Virus record (IMG/VR): IMGVR_UViG_3300008107_007316 | Location: 1-62,872 of that record | DNA: 62,872 nucleotides | Direction: 5' to 3' (one strand) | Origin: a virus | Taxonomy: Duplodnaviria > Caudoviricetes | Shown here: positions 9,401 to 17,174 of the stretch, piece by piece | How positions within the stretch are numbered: the first letter of the stretch is position 1 | Layout of the letters: each line of letters opens with the position of its first letter | Program-made: the position numbers and the translations under genes | Notes under the pieces: generated by a model | Databases searched by the model: none | What the model was told of the DNA's origin: nothing | What the model saw: only the letters and a program-made list of their open reading frames with translations

Positions 9401-10624
9401 ACCAGCTGCTCCCGTTGAATCTCCAAATTTAGAAACATTGAAAAATACCGCCTTATCTGTATCTGATAAATCGGTGGCACTACTTAAAACAGATAACACA
9501 CCAATTAATACAGCATTAGTTGTGAAATTAGAAAACTCAACGTATTGTTCTGTTGCAATGCCGGCAATTGCCTGTGATAATGTTTGATATTCTGTTTGTC
9601 CATATTGAATTCTAAAAACCCCGTTTTGTACTACATAAATTCTTTGGTTGGTCGCTTTTGTTCCCGATATATTTGTAATTACACCCCCCACATCATACTT
9701 AGTTGGATCAATAACTGTTGTGTTTGATGAAGTTCCACCTGTTTGTGTTCTATATTGGAATGTACATGGGGCTGTTCCCGAAACATAAAGAGCATCAGGA
9801 TTTGAGGTATCGTTAGTAAAATTAATACCTAACCCATATATGTATCCTGCACTTGTATTAAAATTTAAATTAACTCCGTTAGGTGATGGTTTTATGCCAC
9901 CATTTATTAAACCAATTGGATAAAACATATCACGTAGTTGTGATAACGGTGATAAAACAAAATCAGGTTGGCTAAATGCATTAATAATGTTTGTTTTATT
10001 GGCGTGACCTAATTTACCTAAAAATAAATTTTGTCTTCTTTGTTGTTCAGTTAAAGGAGTATTTGATTGAGATATTGTACCACCACTTGTTAAATAAATC
10101 CAAGTTTCAGTATCTGTGTTAACATAAGTCGCAGTAAACGTACCCCCAGTATATTGAAGATAATAAAGTTGTGGTGATAAAGGATTTGTTGTGTCATCAA
10201 CTATCCAACCTTTAACAGGTGCAACAGTAAATGTTGTTGGGGATGCGATAGTAATTCCTGTAAATTCAAATACACCAGTTGATGAGTTAACTGTTGAAAT
10301 ATTATATCCCACAGCAACCCACTCACTTCCGTTACTCGATAATTGTATACTATTTGTTTCACCTAAAATTATAAAGGATTTTCCATCAATGGTTTCACTT
10401 CCGAATGGGTCTACTGTTACCGCACCTCCACCATTATTTTTAATGACGTATAAACGACCTTTTTTGCCAACTGCCGTCGGTAATGATACATTAAATGTAC
10501 CACCGGTAATGTCGATCATATAATCGTCTGTGGTTGCGGTGTAAGCACCATTGATTGTTACTTGTGGAAATGTTATTCCACCCAAAGATATTATACCACG
10601 CCTTGCGACGAATTCATTTGCCAT
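3452..10624 (-). CDS. Giant collagen-like fibre protein (2390 aa)
   Basis: About 500-aa beta-rich N-terminal region with a tail-fibre-type module (FNVSLPTAVG...YVIKN...SETIDG...NGSEW), about 1700 aa of uninterrupted G-T-N/S triplets, and a C-terminal capsid-cement/head-fibre-like domain (LLGIA...GSPVYLSTTPG...VRVVGY...YFNP). Confidence 0.85.
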   Translation of the reverse strand: MANEFVARRGIISLGGITFPQVTINGAYTATTDDYMIDITGGTFNVSLPTAVGKKGRLYVIKNNGGGAVTVDPFGSETIDGKSFIILGETNSIQLSSNGSEWVAVGYNISTVNSSTGVFEFTGITIASPTTFTVAPVKGWIVDDTTNPLSPQLYYLQYTGGTFTATYVNTDTETWIYLTSGGTISQSNTPLTEQQRRQNLFLGKLGHANKTNIINAFSQPDFVLSPLSQLRDMFYPIGLINGGIKPSPNGVNLNFNTSAGYIYGLGINFTNDTSNPDALYVSGTAPCTFQYRTQTGGTSSNTTVIDPTKYDVGGVITNISGTKATNQRIYVVQNGVFRIQYGQTEYQTLSQAIAGIATEQYVEFSNFTTNAVLIGVLSVLSSATDLSDTDKAVFFNVSKFGDSTGAAGGSPTTNLQQAYNNSADPEIITNSILDGVTFRRGSASDADAVFQIQNGAGVNKISFDGSGRTTTTNLTITGITSGSSLTRFVVVDSNGNTFYQTSGADGTSGTNGTNGTSGTNGTNGTNGTSGTNGTSGTNGTNGTNGTSGTNGTNGTSGTNGTNGTNGTSGTNGTNGTSGTNGTNGTSGTNGTSGTNGTNGSSGTNGTNGTSGTNGTSGTNGTNGTSGTNGTSGTNGTSGTNGTNGTSGTNGTNGTSGTNGTSGTNGTSGTNGSSGTNGTSGTNGTNGTNGTNGTSGTNGTNGTSGTNGTNGTDGTSGTNGTSGTNGTNGTSGTNGTSGTNGTNGTNGTNGTSGTNGTSGTNGTNGTNGTSGTNGTSGTNGTNGTNGTNGTSGTNGTNGTSGTNGTNGTSGTNGTNGTSGTNGTSGTDGTNGSSGTNGTNGSSGTNGTSGTNGTNGTSGTNGTNGTSGTNGTSGTNGTNGTNGTSGTNGTNGTSGTNGTSGTNGTSGTNGTNGSSGTNGTNGTSGTNGTNGTSGTNGTSGTNGTNGTNGTSGTNGTNGTNGTNGTSGTNGTNGTNGTSGTNGTNGTSGTNGTNGTNGTNGTSGTNGTNGTNGTNGTSGTNGTNGTNGTSGTNGTSGTNGTNGSSGTNGTNGTNGTSGTNGTSGTNGTNGTNGTSGTNGTSGTNGTSGTNGTNGTNGTSGTNGTNGTNGTSGTNGTSGTNGTNGTSGTNGTSGTNGTNGTSGTNGTSGTNGTNGTSGTNGTSGTNGTSGTNGTSGTNGTNGTSGTNGTSGTNGTNGTNGTSGTNGTNGSSGTNGTSGTNGTSGTNGTNGTNGTSGTNGTNGTSGTNGTSGTNGTSGTNGTSGTNGTNGTSGTNGTSGTNGTNGTSGTNGTNGTSGTNGTSGTNGTNGTSGTNGTNGTSGTNGTSGTNGTSGTNGTNGTSGTNGTNGTNGTSGTNGTSGTNGTNGTSGTNGTNGTNGTSGTNGTSGTNGTNGSSGTNGTSGTNGTNGTSGTNGTSGTNGTSGTNGTNGTSGTNGTSGTNGTSGTNGTNGTSGTNGTSGTNGTSGTNGTNGTSGTNGTSGTNGTSGTNGTNGTSGTNGTSGTNGTSGTNGTNGTSGTNGTNGTSGTNGTSGTNGTNGTSGTNGTSGTNGTNGSSGTNGTNGTSGTNGTSGTNGTSGTNGTNGTNGTNGTSGTNGTNGTSGTNGTNGSSGTNGTNGTSGTNGTSGTNGTNGTSGTNGTSGTNGTNGTSGTNGTSGTNGTSGTNGTNGTSGTNGTSGTNGTSGTNGTNGTSGTNGTSGTNGTNGTSGTNGTNGSSGTNGTNGTSGTNGTSGTNGTNGTNGTNGTSGTNGTNGTNGTNGTSGTNGTSGTNGTNGTSGTNGTNGTSGTNGTSGVNGTSGTNGTNGTSGTNGTNGTSGTNGTSGTNGTNGSSGTNGTSGANGTSGTNGTNGTSGTNGTNGTSGTNGTSGTNGTSGANGTSGTNGTNGTSGTNGTSGANGTSGTNGTNGTSGTNGTSGANGTSGTNGTNGTSGTNGTSGANGTSGTNGTNGTSGTNGTSGANGTSGTNGTNGTSGTNGTSGANGTSGTNGTNGTSGTNGTSGANGTSGTNGTNGTSGTNGTSGANGTSGTNGTSGVNGTSGTNGTNGTSGTNGTSGVNGTSGTNGTNGTSGTNGTNGTNGTSGTNGTNGTSGTNGTSGVSGASGTSGTNGTNGTSGTNGTNGTSGTNGTNGTSGTNGTSGANGTSGTNGTNGTSGTNGTSGANGTSGTNGTNGTSGTNGTNGTSGTNGTSGANGTSGTNGTSGTNGTSGTGFSTISPTTDNNVLTANGTANSANSEPNLTFNGSLLNVNGSVTISTQLSVTSGSGTYILNTNPINRLVNNGDWYGEAISIVTGTSTRGSVYYLSSSTTWILTDADFAANSRNLLGIAVSSDGFEIGVMIRGYMKNTSWSFTVGSPVYLSTTPGALTSTQPTGSADIVRVVGYAIAADEIYFNPSQDWIELV
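4025..9118 (-). repeat. Gly-X-Y coding repeat, about 566 triplets (GTN, GTS, minor GSS, GAN, GVN, GTD)
   Basis: 9-nt periodicity with variable synonymous codons; a 63-nt unit is tandemly repeated starting at 4713, 4776, 4839 and 4902 (first two copies identical). Confidence 0.97.
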
Positions 10625-10629
10625 ATTCT

Positions 10630-10657
10630 TTTTCTTTTTTCCCTATCCAAAAGAAAA
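10630..10657 (-). promoter_or_regulatory. 5'-UTR hairpin immediately upstream of the fibre gene start
   Basis: Minus strand TTTTCTTTT-GGATAGGGAA-AAAAGAAAA: 9-bp stem with a purine-rich loop, ending 5 nt before the ATG at 10624. Confidence 0.45.
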
Positions 10658-10680
10658 TCCTTTGATTTATTTGTTATTCA

Positions 10681-10687
10681 ATAAATA
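10681..10687 (-). promoter_or_regulatory. TATTTAT putative late promoter
   Basis: Same motif and orientation as upstream of about 14 other mostly virion genes. Confidence 0.6.
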
Positions 10688-10740
10688 TTCATTAAGTAAA
10701 CTTTATCACCTAAAAAGAAAAATTAAATAAAAGATTGTTT

Positions 10741-13700
10741 TTAGAAAACGATTCTTGTTGCAACTAAGATGTCCCAAGTATCAACACTAATTGTTGCAAT
10801 TAATTCAACACTTCCTGAATTTACTTGAACTTTCCAAACAAGATCTGCGGTTGATCCATTTAAATCGGGGGATGAAATATCAGTAAATACTGCACTTGCG
10901 TTGTCCCAAGTTGAAAATACTTGACCCATACGTTTGTAACCATTTGTATTAGTAATACAATATTCAAATATTGCCGAACAACCAAAGTCGGTACCAAATG
11001 TGTCAATAATTGTTGTTGTTGAAATGTTTGTTGATGTTTTAGTGTTAACTTTATCGTAACTTGCATTTAAAGTTAGTACTCCGTCAGGTCCATTATATGT
11101 GAAATTGGCTTCAGCAACAATTCCTCCTGATCCATCCGAAGTTAAAACTTCATTATCTAATCCCGGTACTAAAGGTGATGATCCGCTAGTCCCGTTTGTC
11201 CCATTAGTACCGCTAGTTCCATTTGTTCCCGAAGTCCCATTAGTTCCGCTTGTTCCATTAGTTCCGCTTGTTCCATTGGTTCCGCTAGTACCGTTAGTTC
11301 CACTTGTACCATTTGTTCCATTTGTGCCTGATGTACCATCCGTACCATTAGTCCCGTTAGTTCCATTAGTTCCGCTAGTCCCATTTGTTCCGCTAGTCCC
11401 ATTTGTTCCGTTAGTACCATTCGTACCTGATGTGCCACTTGAACCATTTGTTCCATTTGTGCCTGAAGTTCCGTTAGTTCCTGAAGTTCCGTTAGTTCCT
11501 GAAGTACCATCTGTTCCGTTAGTTCCTGAAGTACCATCTGTTCCGTTAGTTCCTGAAGTACCGTTAGTTCCTGAAGTACCGTTTGTTCCATTCGTACCGC
11601 TTGTTCCATTGGTTCCTGATGTTCCATTAGTACCGTTGGTTCCACTTGAACCATTTGTTCCATTTGTACCCGATGTACCATTTGTTCCTGAAGTTCCGTT
11701 AGTTCCGTTAGTCCCTGACGTTCCGTTTGTTCCATTCGTACCGCTAGTACCATTAGTTCCTGATGTTCCATCCGTACCATTTGTTCCCGAAGTCCCATTA
11801 GTTCCGTTAGTTCCTGATGTTCCATCAGTGCCACTTGAGCCATTAGTACCATTAGTTCCTGATGTTCCGTTCGTACCATTTGTTCCATTGGTACCGTTGG
11901 TTCCTGATGTACCATTAGTCCCGTTTGTACCACTAGTCCCATTAGTTCCAGATGTCCCATCAGTACCGTTTGTTCCCGAAGTCCCATTAGTTCCGTTAGT
12001 ACCACTAGTACCATTGGTTCCATTTGTTCCCGAAGTCCCATTAGTTCCGTTTGTTCCGCTAGTACCATTAGTTCCGTTTGTTCCTGAAGTCCCATTTGTA
12101 CCATTGGTACCTGATGTCCCGTTTGTTCCTGATGTCCCATTTGTTCCATTTGTTCCATTAGTTCCGCTAGTCCCATTTGTTCCATTTGTCCCATTCGTAC
12201 CATTAGTTCCAGACGTCCCATCAGTCCCGTTTGTCCCTGAGGTTCCATTGGTTCCGTTTGTACCGTTGGTACCTGATGTTCCATTTGTCCCGTTGGTTCC
12301 ACTAGACCCATCAGTCCCATTAGTTCCTGATGTCCCATTAGTTCCCGAAGTTCCATTTGTTCCTGATGTCCCATTTGTACCATTAGTCCCGTTAGTACCG
12401 TTGGTTCCACTTGAACCATTTGTTCCATTCGTTCCCGAAGTCCCGTTAGTACCATTTGTTCCCGAAGTTCCATCCGTACCATTAGTCCCGTTAGTACCAT
12501 TTGTTCCCGAAGTACCGTTGGTTCCGTTTGTACCTGAAGTTCCATCCGTTCCGTTTGTACCTGAAGTTCCGTTAGTTCCATTGGTACCTGAAGTTCCATT
12601 TGTCCCATTAGTTCCGGATGTTCCACTTGATCCGTTAGTTCCGTTTGTACCTGATGTTCCATTTGTACCGTTAGTTCCTGAAGTCCCATTAGTACCACTA
12701 GTTCCATCCGTACCATTTGTCCCACTAGACCCGTTAGTACCGTTTGTTCCTGAAGTTCCATTAGTACCGTTAGTTCCACTTGTTCCATTAGTACCATCAG
12801 TTCCTGATGTACCATTGGTTCCTGATGTTCCATCGGTTCCATCTACACCAGATAATCCACTTGTGCCGTTTGTGCCTGAGGTCCCATCTGTACCATTAGT
12901 TCCGCTTGTTCCATCCGTACCATTAGTTCCGCTTGTTCCATCCGTACCATTAGTTCCGCTTGTTCCATCCGTACCATTAGTTCCGCTAGTACCATCTGTT
13001 CCATTAGTTCCGCTTGTTCCATCCGTACCATTAGTTCCGCTAGTACCATCTGTTCCATTTGTTCCTGAAGTTCCACTTGTACCATCTGTTCCTGAAGTTC
13101 CGCTTGTACCATCTGTTCCTGAGGTTCCGCTTGTACCATCTGTTCCTGAAGTTCCGCTTGTACCATCTGTTCCTGAGGTTCCATCCGTACCATTAGTTCC
13201 GCTTGTACCATCTGTACCATTTGTTCCGCTTGTACCATCTGTTCCTGAGGTTCCATCCGTACCATTAGTTCCGCTTGTACCATCTGTTCCTGAGGTTCCC
13301 GATGTACCGTCTGTTCCGTTAGTCCCTGAAGTCCCATCTGTTCCATTAGTACCACTAGTGCCGTCCGTTCCATTTGTTCCGGAAGTTCCATCTGTTCCAC
13401 TAGTACCATCTGTTCCATTTGTACCTGAAGTTCCGCTTGTACCATCTGTACCTGAAGTGCCACTAGTACCATCTGTACCTGAAGTTCCCGAAGTTCCATC
13501 CGTACCATTTGTTCCACTAGTGCCATCTGTTCCATTTGTTCCGCTTGTTCCATCAGTACCCGATGTTCCGCTTGTTCCATCAGTACCCGATGTTCCATCA
13601 GTTCCTGAAGTTCCATCTGTTCCGTTAGTTCCTGAAGTTCCATCTGTTCCGTTAGTTCCTGAAGTGCCTGAAGTTCCATCCGTACCACTTGAACCATTTG

Positions 13701-14436
13701 TTCCATCTGTACCGCTTGAACCATTTGTTCCATCTGTTCCTGAGGTTCCATTAGTCCCTGAAGTTCCATTTGTACCAGAAGTTCCCGAAGTCCCATCAGT
13801 ACCATTTGTTCCGTTTGTACCACTTGTTCCATCAGTACCACTTGTTCCATTTGTGCCTGAAGTTCCGTTAGTTCCGCTTGTACCATTTGTTCCTGAAGTT
13901 CCACTTGTTCCATCAGTACCGGAAGTTCCACTTGACCCATCTGTTCCATTAGTTCCGCTAGTACCATTTGTACCGTTTGTTCCCGATGTCCCGTTTGTAC
14001 CGTTTGTTCCAGATGTACCATTTGTACCTGAAGTTCCGTCAGTTCCGCTAGTACCATTTGTTCCTGATGAACCGCTAGAACCTGAAGATCCTGATGAACC
14101 ACTAGTTCCGCTTGACCCATTTGTTCCATTAGTTCCCGATGTTCCATTCGTACCATTAGTACCTGATGTTCCATTCAAACCTGAAGTTCCATCTGTACCT
14201 GAAGTTCCATTTGTGCCTGAAATACCATCATTTCCACTCGTACCATTAGTACCTGAAGTACCGTCAGTACCTGAAGTACCTACACTACCAATTACAGATG
14301 CAAGTTGAGCGATTGTTGCTTTATATGAAGAACCTGCCGGATTTTGAGACGTATCTCCGGTTATAACTATATGAAATAAATCAGTAAGTGTTACACCAGT
14401 TGCTAATACTCTGTCCGTCAGTCGTTGTAAACCCAT
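10741..14436 (-). CDS. Collagen-like fibre protein (1231 aa)
   Basis: Short N-terminal docking-like segment (RLTDRVLATGVTLTDLFHIV...SSYKATIAQL), about 1035 aa of G-T-D/S/N triplets, a DNEVLTSDG...EANFTYNG neck and a C-terminal beta domain. Confidence 0.85.
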   Translation of the reverse strand: MGLQRLTDRVLATGVTLTDLFHIVITGDTSQNPAGSSYKATIAQLASVIGSVGTSGTDGTSGTNGTSGNDGISGTNGTSGTDGTSGLNGTSGTNGTNGTSGTNGTNGSSGTSGSSGSSGSSGSSGTNGTSGTDGTSGTNGTSGTNGTNGTSGTNGTNGTSGTNGTDGSSGTSGTDGTSGTSGTNGTSGTNGTSGTNGTSGTDGTSGTNGTNGTDGTSGTSGTNGTSGTNGTSGTDGTNGSSGTDGTNGSSGTDGTSGTSGTNGTDGTSGTNGTDGTSGTDGTSGTDGTSGTSGTDGTSGTNGTDGTSGTNGTDGTSGTSGTDGTSGTSGTDGTSGTSGTNGTDGTSGTDGTSGTNGTDGTSGTNGTDGTSGTNGTDGTSGTSGTDGTSGTNGTDGTSGTDGTSGTNGTDGTSGTNGTDGTSGTDGTSGTSGTDGTSGTSGTDGTSGTSGTDGTSGTSGTNGTDGTSGTNGTDGTSGTNGTDGTSGTNGTDGTSGTNGTDGTSGTNGTDGTSGTNGTDGTSGTNGTSGLSGVDGTDGTSGTNGTSGTDGTNGTSGTNGTNGTSGTNGTNGSSGTNGTDGTSGTNGTSGTNGTNGTSGTNGTNGSSGTSGTNGTNGTSGTNGTNGTSGTNGTDGTSGTNGTNGTSGTNGTNGTNGTDGTSGTNGTNGTSGTNGTNGSSGTNGTNGTNGTNGTSGTNGTSGTNGTSGTNGTDGSSGTNGTNGTSGTNGTNGTNGTSGTNGTDGTSGTNGTNGTNGTNGTSGTNGTNGTNGTSGTNGTSGTNGTNGTSGTNGTNGTSGTNGTNGTSGTNGTNGTSGTNGTNGTSGTNGTDGTSGTNGTSGTNGTNGTSGTNGTNGTNGTNGTSGTNGTNGSSGTDGTSGTNGTNGTSGTNGTDGTSGTNGTSGTNGTNGTSGTNGTNGTSGTNGTSGTNGTNGSSGTNGTNGTSGTNGTSGTNGTNGTSGTNGTSGTNGTDGTSGTNGTDGTSGTNGTSGTNGTSGTNGTNGSSGTSGTNGTNGTNGTSGTNGTSGTNGTNGTNGTDGTSGTNGTNGTSGTNGTSGTNGTSGTNGTSGTNGTSGTNGTSGTNGTNGTSGSSPLVPGLDNEVLTSDGSGGIVAEANFTYNGPDGVLTLNASYDKVNTKTSTNISTTTIIDTFGTDFGCSAIFEYCITNTNGYKRMGQVFSTWDNASAVFTDISSPDLNGSTADLVWKVQVNSGSVELIATISVDTWDILVATRIVF
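11176..14280 (-). repeat. Gly-X-Y coding repeat, about 345 triplets (GTD-rich N-half, GTN-rich C-half)
   Basis: 9-nt periodicity; exact 27-nt unit GTACCATTAGTTCCGCTTGTTCCATCC x3 at 12890-12970. Confidence 0.97.
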
Positions 14437-14451
14437 TATATATTTTTATTA

Positions 14452-14458
14452 ATAAATA
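14452..14458 (-). promoter_or_regulatory. TATTTAT putative late promoter
   Basis: 15 nt upstream of the ATG at 14436. Confidence 0.6.
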
Positions 14459-14470
14459 TTCTAAAAATGA

Positions 14471-14779
14471 TTATTGATCTTGGAAAATGAAAATCTCCGC
14501 ATCCATAAATAAGAATATTTCACCATCCTCAAATATTTTAGCCGTATTAATACCTCCACAATAAAGAACCCCAAATAATTCACATCCAACATTATCTATC
14601 ATTTTTAACCCAACTGCTGGTGAACCATTAAATTGTGGTGGTAATGTTATTGTTAACGGAAAGGTTGCTGTTGATGGTATTGTTGCAATTAACACACATT
14701 GATTTCCATAAACATCACAAGCATATAATGTATATGGATATGCTGAACCTGTAATGGAATTTATTTGAATTTGTGTCAT
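14471..14779 (-). CDS. Small putative virion protein
   Basis: 102 aa, beta-rich, with C-terminal KIFEDGEIFLFMDAEIFIFQ repeat-like tail; TATTTAT at 14785-14791 upstream. Confidence 0.7.
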   Translation of the reverse strand: MTQIQINSITGSAYPYTLYACDVYGNQCVLIATIPSTATFPLTITLPPQFNGSPAVGLKMIDNVGCELFGVLYCGGINTAKIFEDGEIFLFMDAEIFIFQDQ

Positions 14780-14819
14780 ACCTTATAAATAGTTTAAATA
14801 AGGAATTACAAATAAAATT

Positions 14820-17141
14820 TTATTTAATTGATGATGATGTTGGTGTATTTGTTGGGGTTTCCGTAACTGTAGGTGTACTCGTAATAGTGTTTGTTGGGCT
14901 GTTGGTTGGGGTGGTAGTTACTGTTGGTGTTTCTGTCACGGTTGATGTCGGAGTATTTGTTGGAGTTACAGTTGGTGTTATTGTGTTAGTTGGTGTTGGT
15001 GTCGGACTAAATGGTAAATCTTCAAACGTGGTAAAAGTATTTACCGTATAATATACTTCCTCATTATATGTAACGCTAAAATTATCAAATTGTGACTCAA
15101 ATGTTAATAGTTCGTAATCAATATCGCTATAATAAAAAGCAGAACCATAAAGATTACCACTTGGTATATTTATAGCTGATTTAATCTCAATTGTATCTCC
15201 CGAAACAACATAAAGGTAATTTGTGAAATAAAGTAAAATATCATAATCTAAAGGTTCTTCAATTGATAAATTATAAAAACAATTTACAGATCCAGGAACA
15301 TAAGATGCAAATAATTCAAAATTCACAACACTTGATTGGAATGAATCAGAACATATAGAAAGTAATGATCCATTAGTTCCACCGTTACCACTAATATTAA
15401 GTGATGTAAAAGGTAATGAATTTTGTATTAGGAATTTACCCCCACCTCCCGTTATTGGTGCTCCCGCACCTGAAAGAATAGTATTACCAACTATAGTGGT
15501 AAAACAATTTACAGATGATAAAATTAATGGTATACCAGTACCTGTGTTAGTGGTTAAAATAAAATCTTCATTTGTCATCATTCCTGTTGCACTAATAAAA
15601 ATAATGATGTTATTAACAGGAGAACTAAAATTCATTGTATACAAAAATGATCCGCTTGATCCTAACCATTTTGAGTTAATAGGTGTTGTTACACTACCAC
15701 AACTTGTAAATGGACCAACAGTATATGTTGAAACACTACCCGTAAATGATTCCGTTATTGTTATACCATTTAATGTTGTTGGAGGTACTACACTTGTAAG
15801 ACAATTTAAAACTGGTAATGGAGTAAAAGTTGGAGTTGGCGTTGGGGTTGGGGTTAATAATGCAGGAATAATAGAATCTGTACAAATATCCATTATAGTA
15901 CCATTTATTCCGCCCGGACCTGCAACAGTTAATGTTGTAAATGGTGATGAATTACTTATTGTAAAAATACCGTTACCGTGTGAGTAATTACTTAAATATG
16001 GGGGGATTGTACCATCACATAAAGGTGATGATGTGTTTGCTGCTGTTATAGTATTCGCATTAATGGTTGCACAACAATACTGACAAGATGAAATCACTGG
16101 TGTCCCACTTCCCATATTTGTTGTAAACGTAAATGATTCTGCTTGAGGGGTTGCACCTGGGTTACTAGCGTTATATCCATATAATCTTATTACAATATCA
16201 TTAACGGGTACACTAAAAGTTAATGTGTAGGTAAATGGTTGACTCGGCATTCCGATATTACCCAACCAAACAGTTGATGTCGAACCAATTGGTGATGGAA
16301 GCGGACATAAATATCCGAAACCAAAATATGGAGTTATACCAATACTTCCGGTACTGGTTGCAGATATTGTTATACCATTATATAATACAGAATTACCTGA
16401 TTGAGGTAACAATCCTGCGGTTGTACAAGAAGCACAAATCGGTGTTGATGTTGGAGTTGGTGGAATATTTGTTGATGTTATAGTTGGTGTTGGAGTTTGA
16501 GTTGATGTTATAGTTGGTGTTGGAGTTTGAGTTGATGTTATAGTTGGTGTAATTGTATTCGTTGGTGTTGGAGGTGGGTCAGTTGAGGTCATTGTTGGAG
16601 TTACTGTTGGGGTTACCGTTGGGGTATTACTTGGTGGACAATAATTTTTAGTGTTACTTGGTGTTACTCTTGGTGTTTTTGTTGGTCTTGGTGTTTTACT
16701 TGGTTCAGGACAACCACATGGATTTGTACAAGTTGTACTTGGAGTTGGGGTATTTGTTGGAGTTATTGTTGGGGTTGATGTGGTTGTTGGTGTTGGAGTT
16801 GGTACCTTACAAGGATCTAAACTTGGAGTTGGTGTCATTGTAGGTGTTACGGTTGGTGTTTGAGTTCTTGTTATTGTTGGTGTTGGAGTTGGGGTAGGTG
16901 TTGGTCTTGGTACTTGTAAAATATTTGGACAATCTGTATTACAATTTCCATCATCACCTAAAACTAAAATTGTATATGTACCATATATTTCTCTTGGTGG
17001 AATTAATAATGATGCATCAAATAAATAAGGCAAGACAACATTACCTAAATTAATAACAACATTATCGTTATCAGGTTTAAATAATACCGTTGCAATTTCA
17101 CCGTTATAATTAATACTCCCTATTAATATAGTTTGACTCAT
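14820..17141 (-). CDS. Putative virion protein with Pro-Thr mucin-like linkers and two tandem homologous beta domains
   Basis: Several PTPTPT tracts; duplicated module (NGITI...WLG...FxYTxxFSxPVNxIxI...ExFxxTTNxGxGxPxI...GxGxFxIxNSxPFTxLxxxGxGGxNG); 30-nt tandem repeat at about 16471-16548; TATTTAT at 17153-17159. Confidence 0.75.
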   Translation of the reverse strand: MSQTILIGSINYNGEIATVLFKPDNDNVVINLGNVVLPYLFDASLLIPPREIYGTYTILVLGDDGNCNTDCPNILQVPRPTPTPTPTPTITRTQTPTVTPTMTPTPSLDPCKVPTPTPTTTSTPTITPTNTPTPSTTCTNPCGCPEPSKTPRPTKTPRVTPSNTKNYCPPSNTPTVTPTVTPTMTSTDPPPTPTNTITPTITSTQTPTPTITSTQTPTPTITSTNIPPTPTSTPICASCTTAGLLPQSGNSVLYNGITISATSTGSIGITPYFGFGYLCPLPSPIGSTSTVWLGNIGMPSQPFTYTLTFSVPVNDIVIRLYGYNASNPGATPQAESFTFTTNMGSGTPVISSCQYCCATINANTITAANTSSPLCDGTIPPYLSNYSHGNGIFTISNSSPFTTLTVAGPGGINGTIMDICTDSIIPALLTPTPTPTPTFTPLPVLNCLTSVVPPTTLNGITITESFTGSVSTYTVGPFTSCGSVTTPINSKWLGSSGSFLYTMNFSSPVNNIIIFISATGMMTNEDFILTTNTGTGIPLILSSVNCFTTIVGNTILSGAGAPITGGGGKFLIQNSLPFTSLNISGNGGTNGSLLSICSDSFQSSVVNFELFASYVPGSVNCFYNLSIEEPLDYDILLYFTNYLYVVSGDTIEIKSAINIPSGNLYGSAFYYSDIDYELLTFESQFDNFSVTYNEEVYYTVNTFTTFEDLPFSPTPTPTNTITPTVTPTNTPTSTVTETPTVTTTPTNSPTNTITSTPTVTETPTNTPTSSSIK

Positions 17142-17174
17142 CTTGTTTAACTATAAATACAATCTGAAATTATT

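Noticed and set aside
4025-14280. Repeat tracts as a CRISPR array, DGR template/variable pair or non-coding satellite
   Set aside because: Periodicity is 9 nt with synonymous third-position variation inside intact ORFs; there is no repeat-spacer structure, no cas or reverse transcriptase gene, and no adenine-specific variation seen.
4080-14308. Very long antisense ORFs (1682 aa and 1069 aa, VP-rich) and same-strand alternative-frame ORFs (MELQEQ-type)
   Set aside because: They are shadows of the GGN-ACN-AAY/TCN codon repeat, which has few or no stops in those frames; they start and end with the repeat and have no unique domains.
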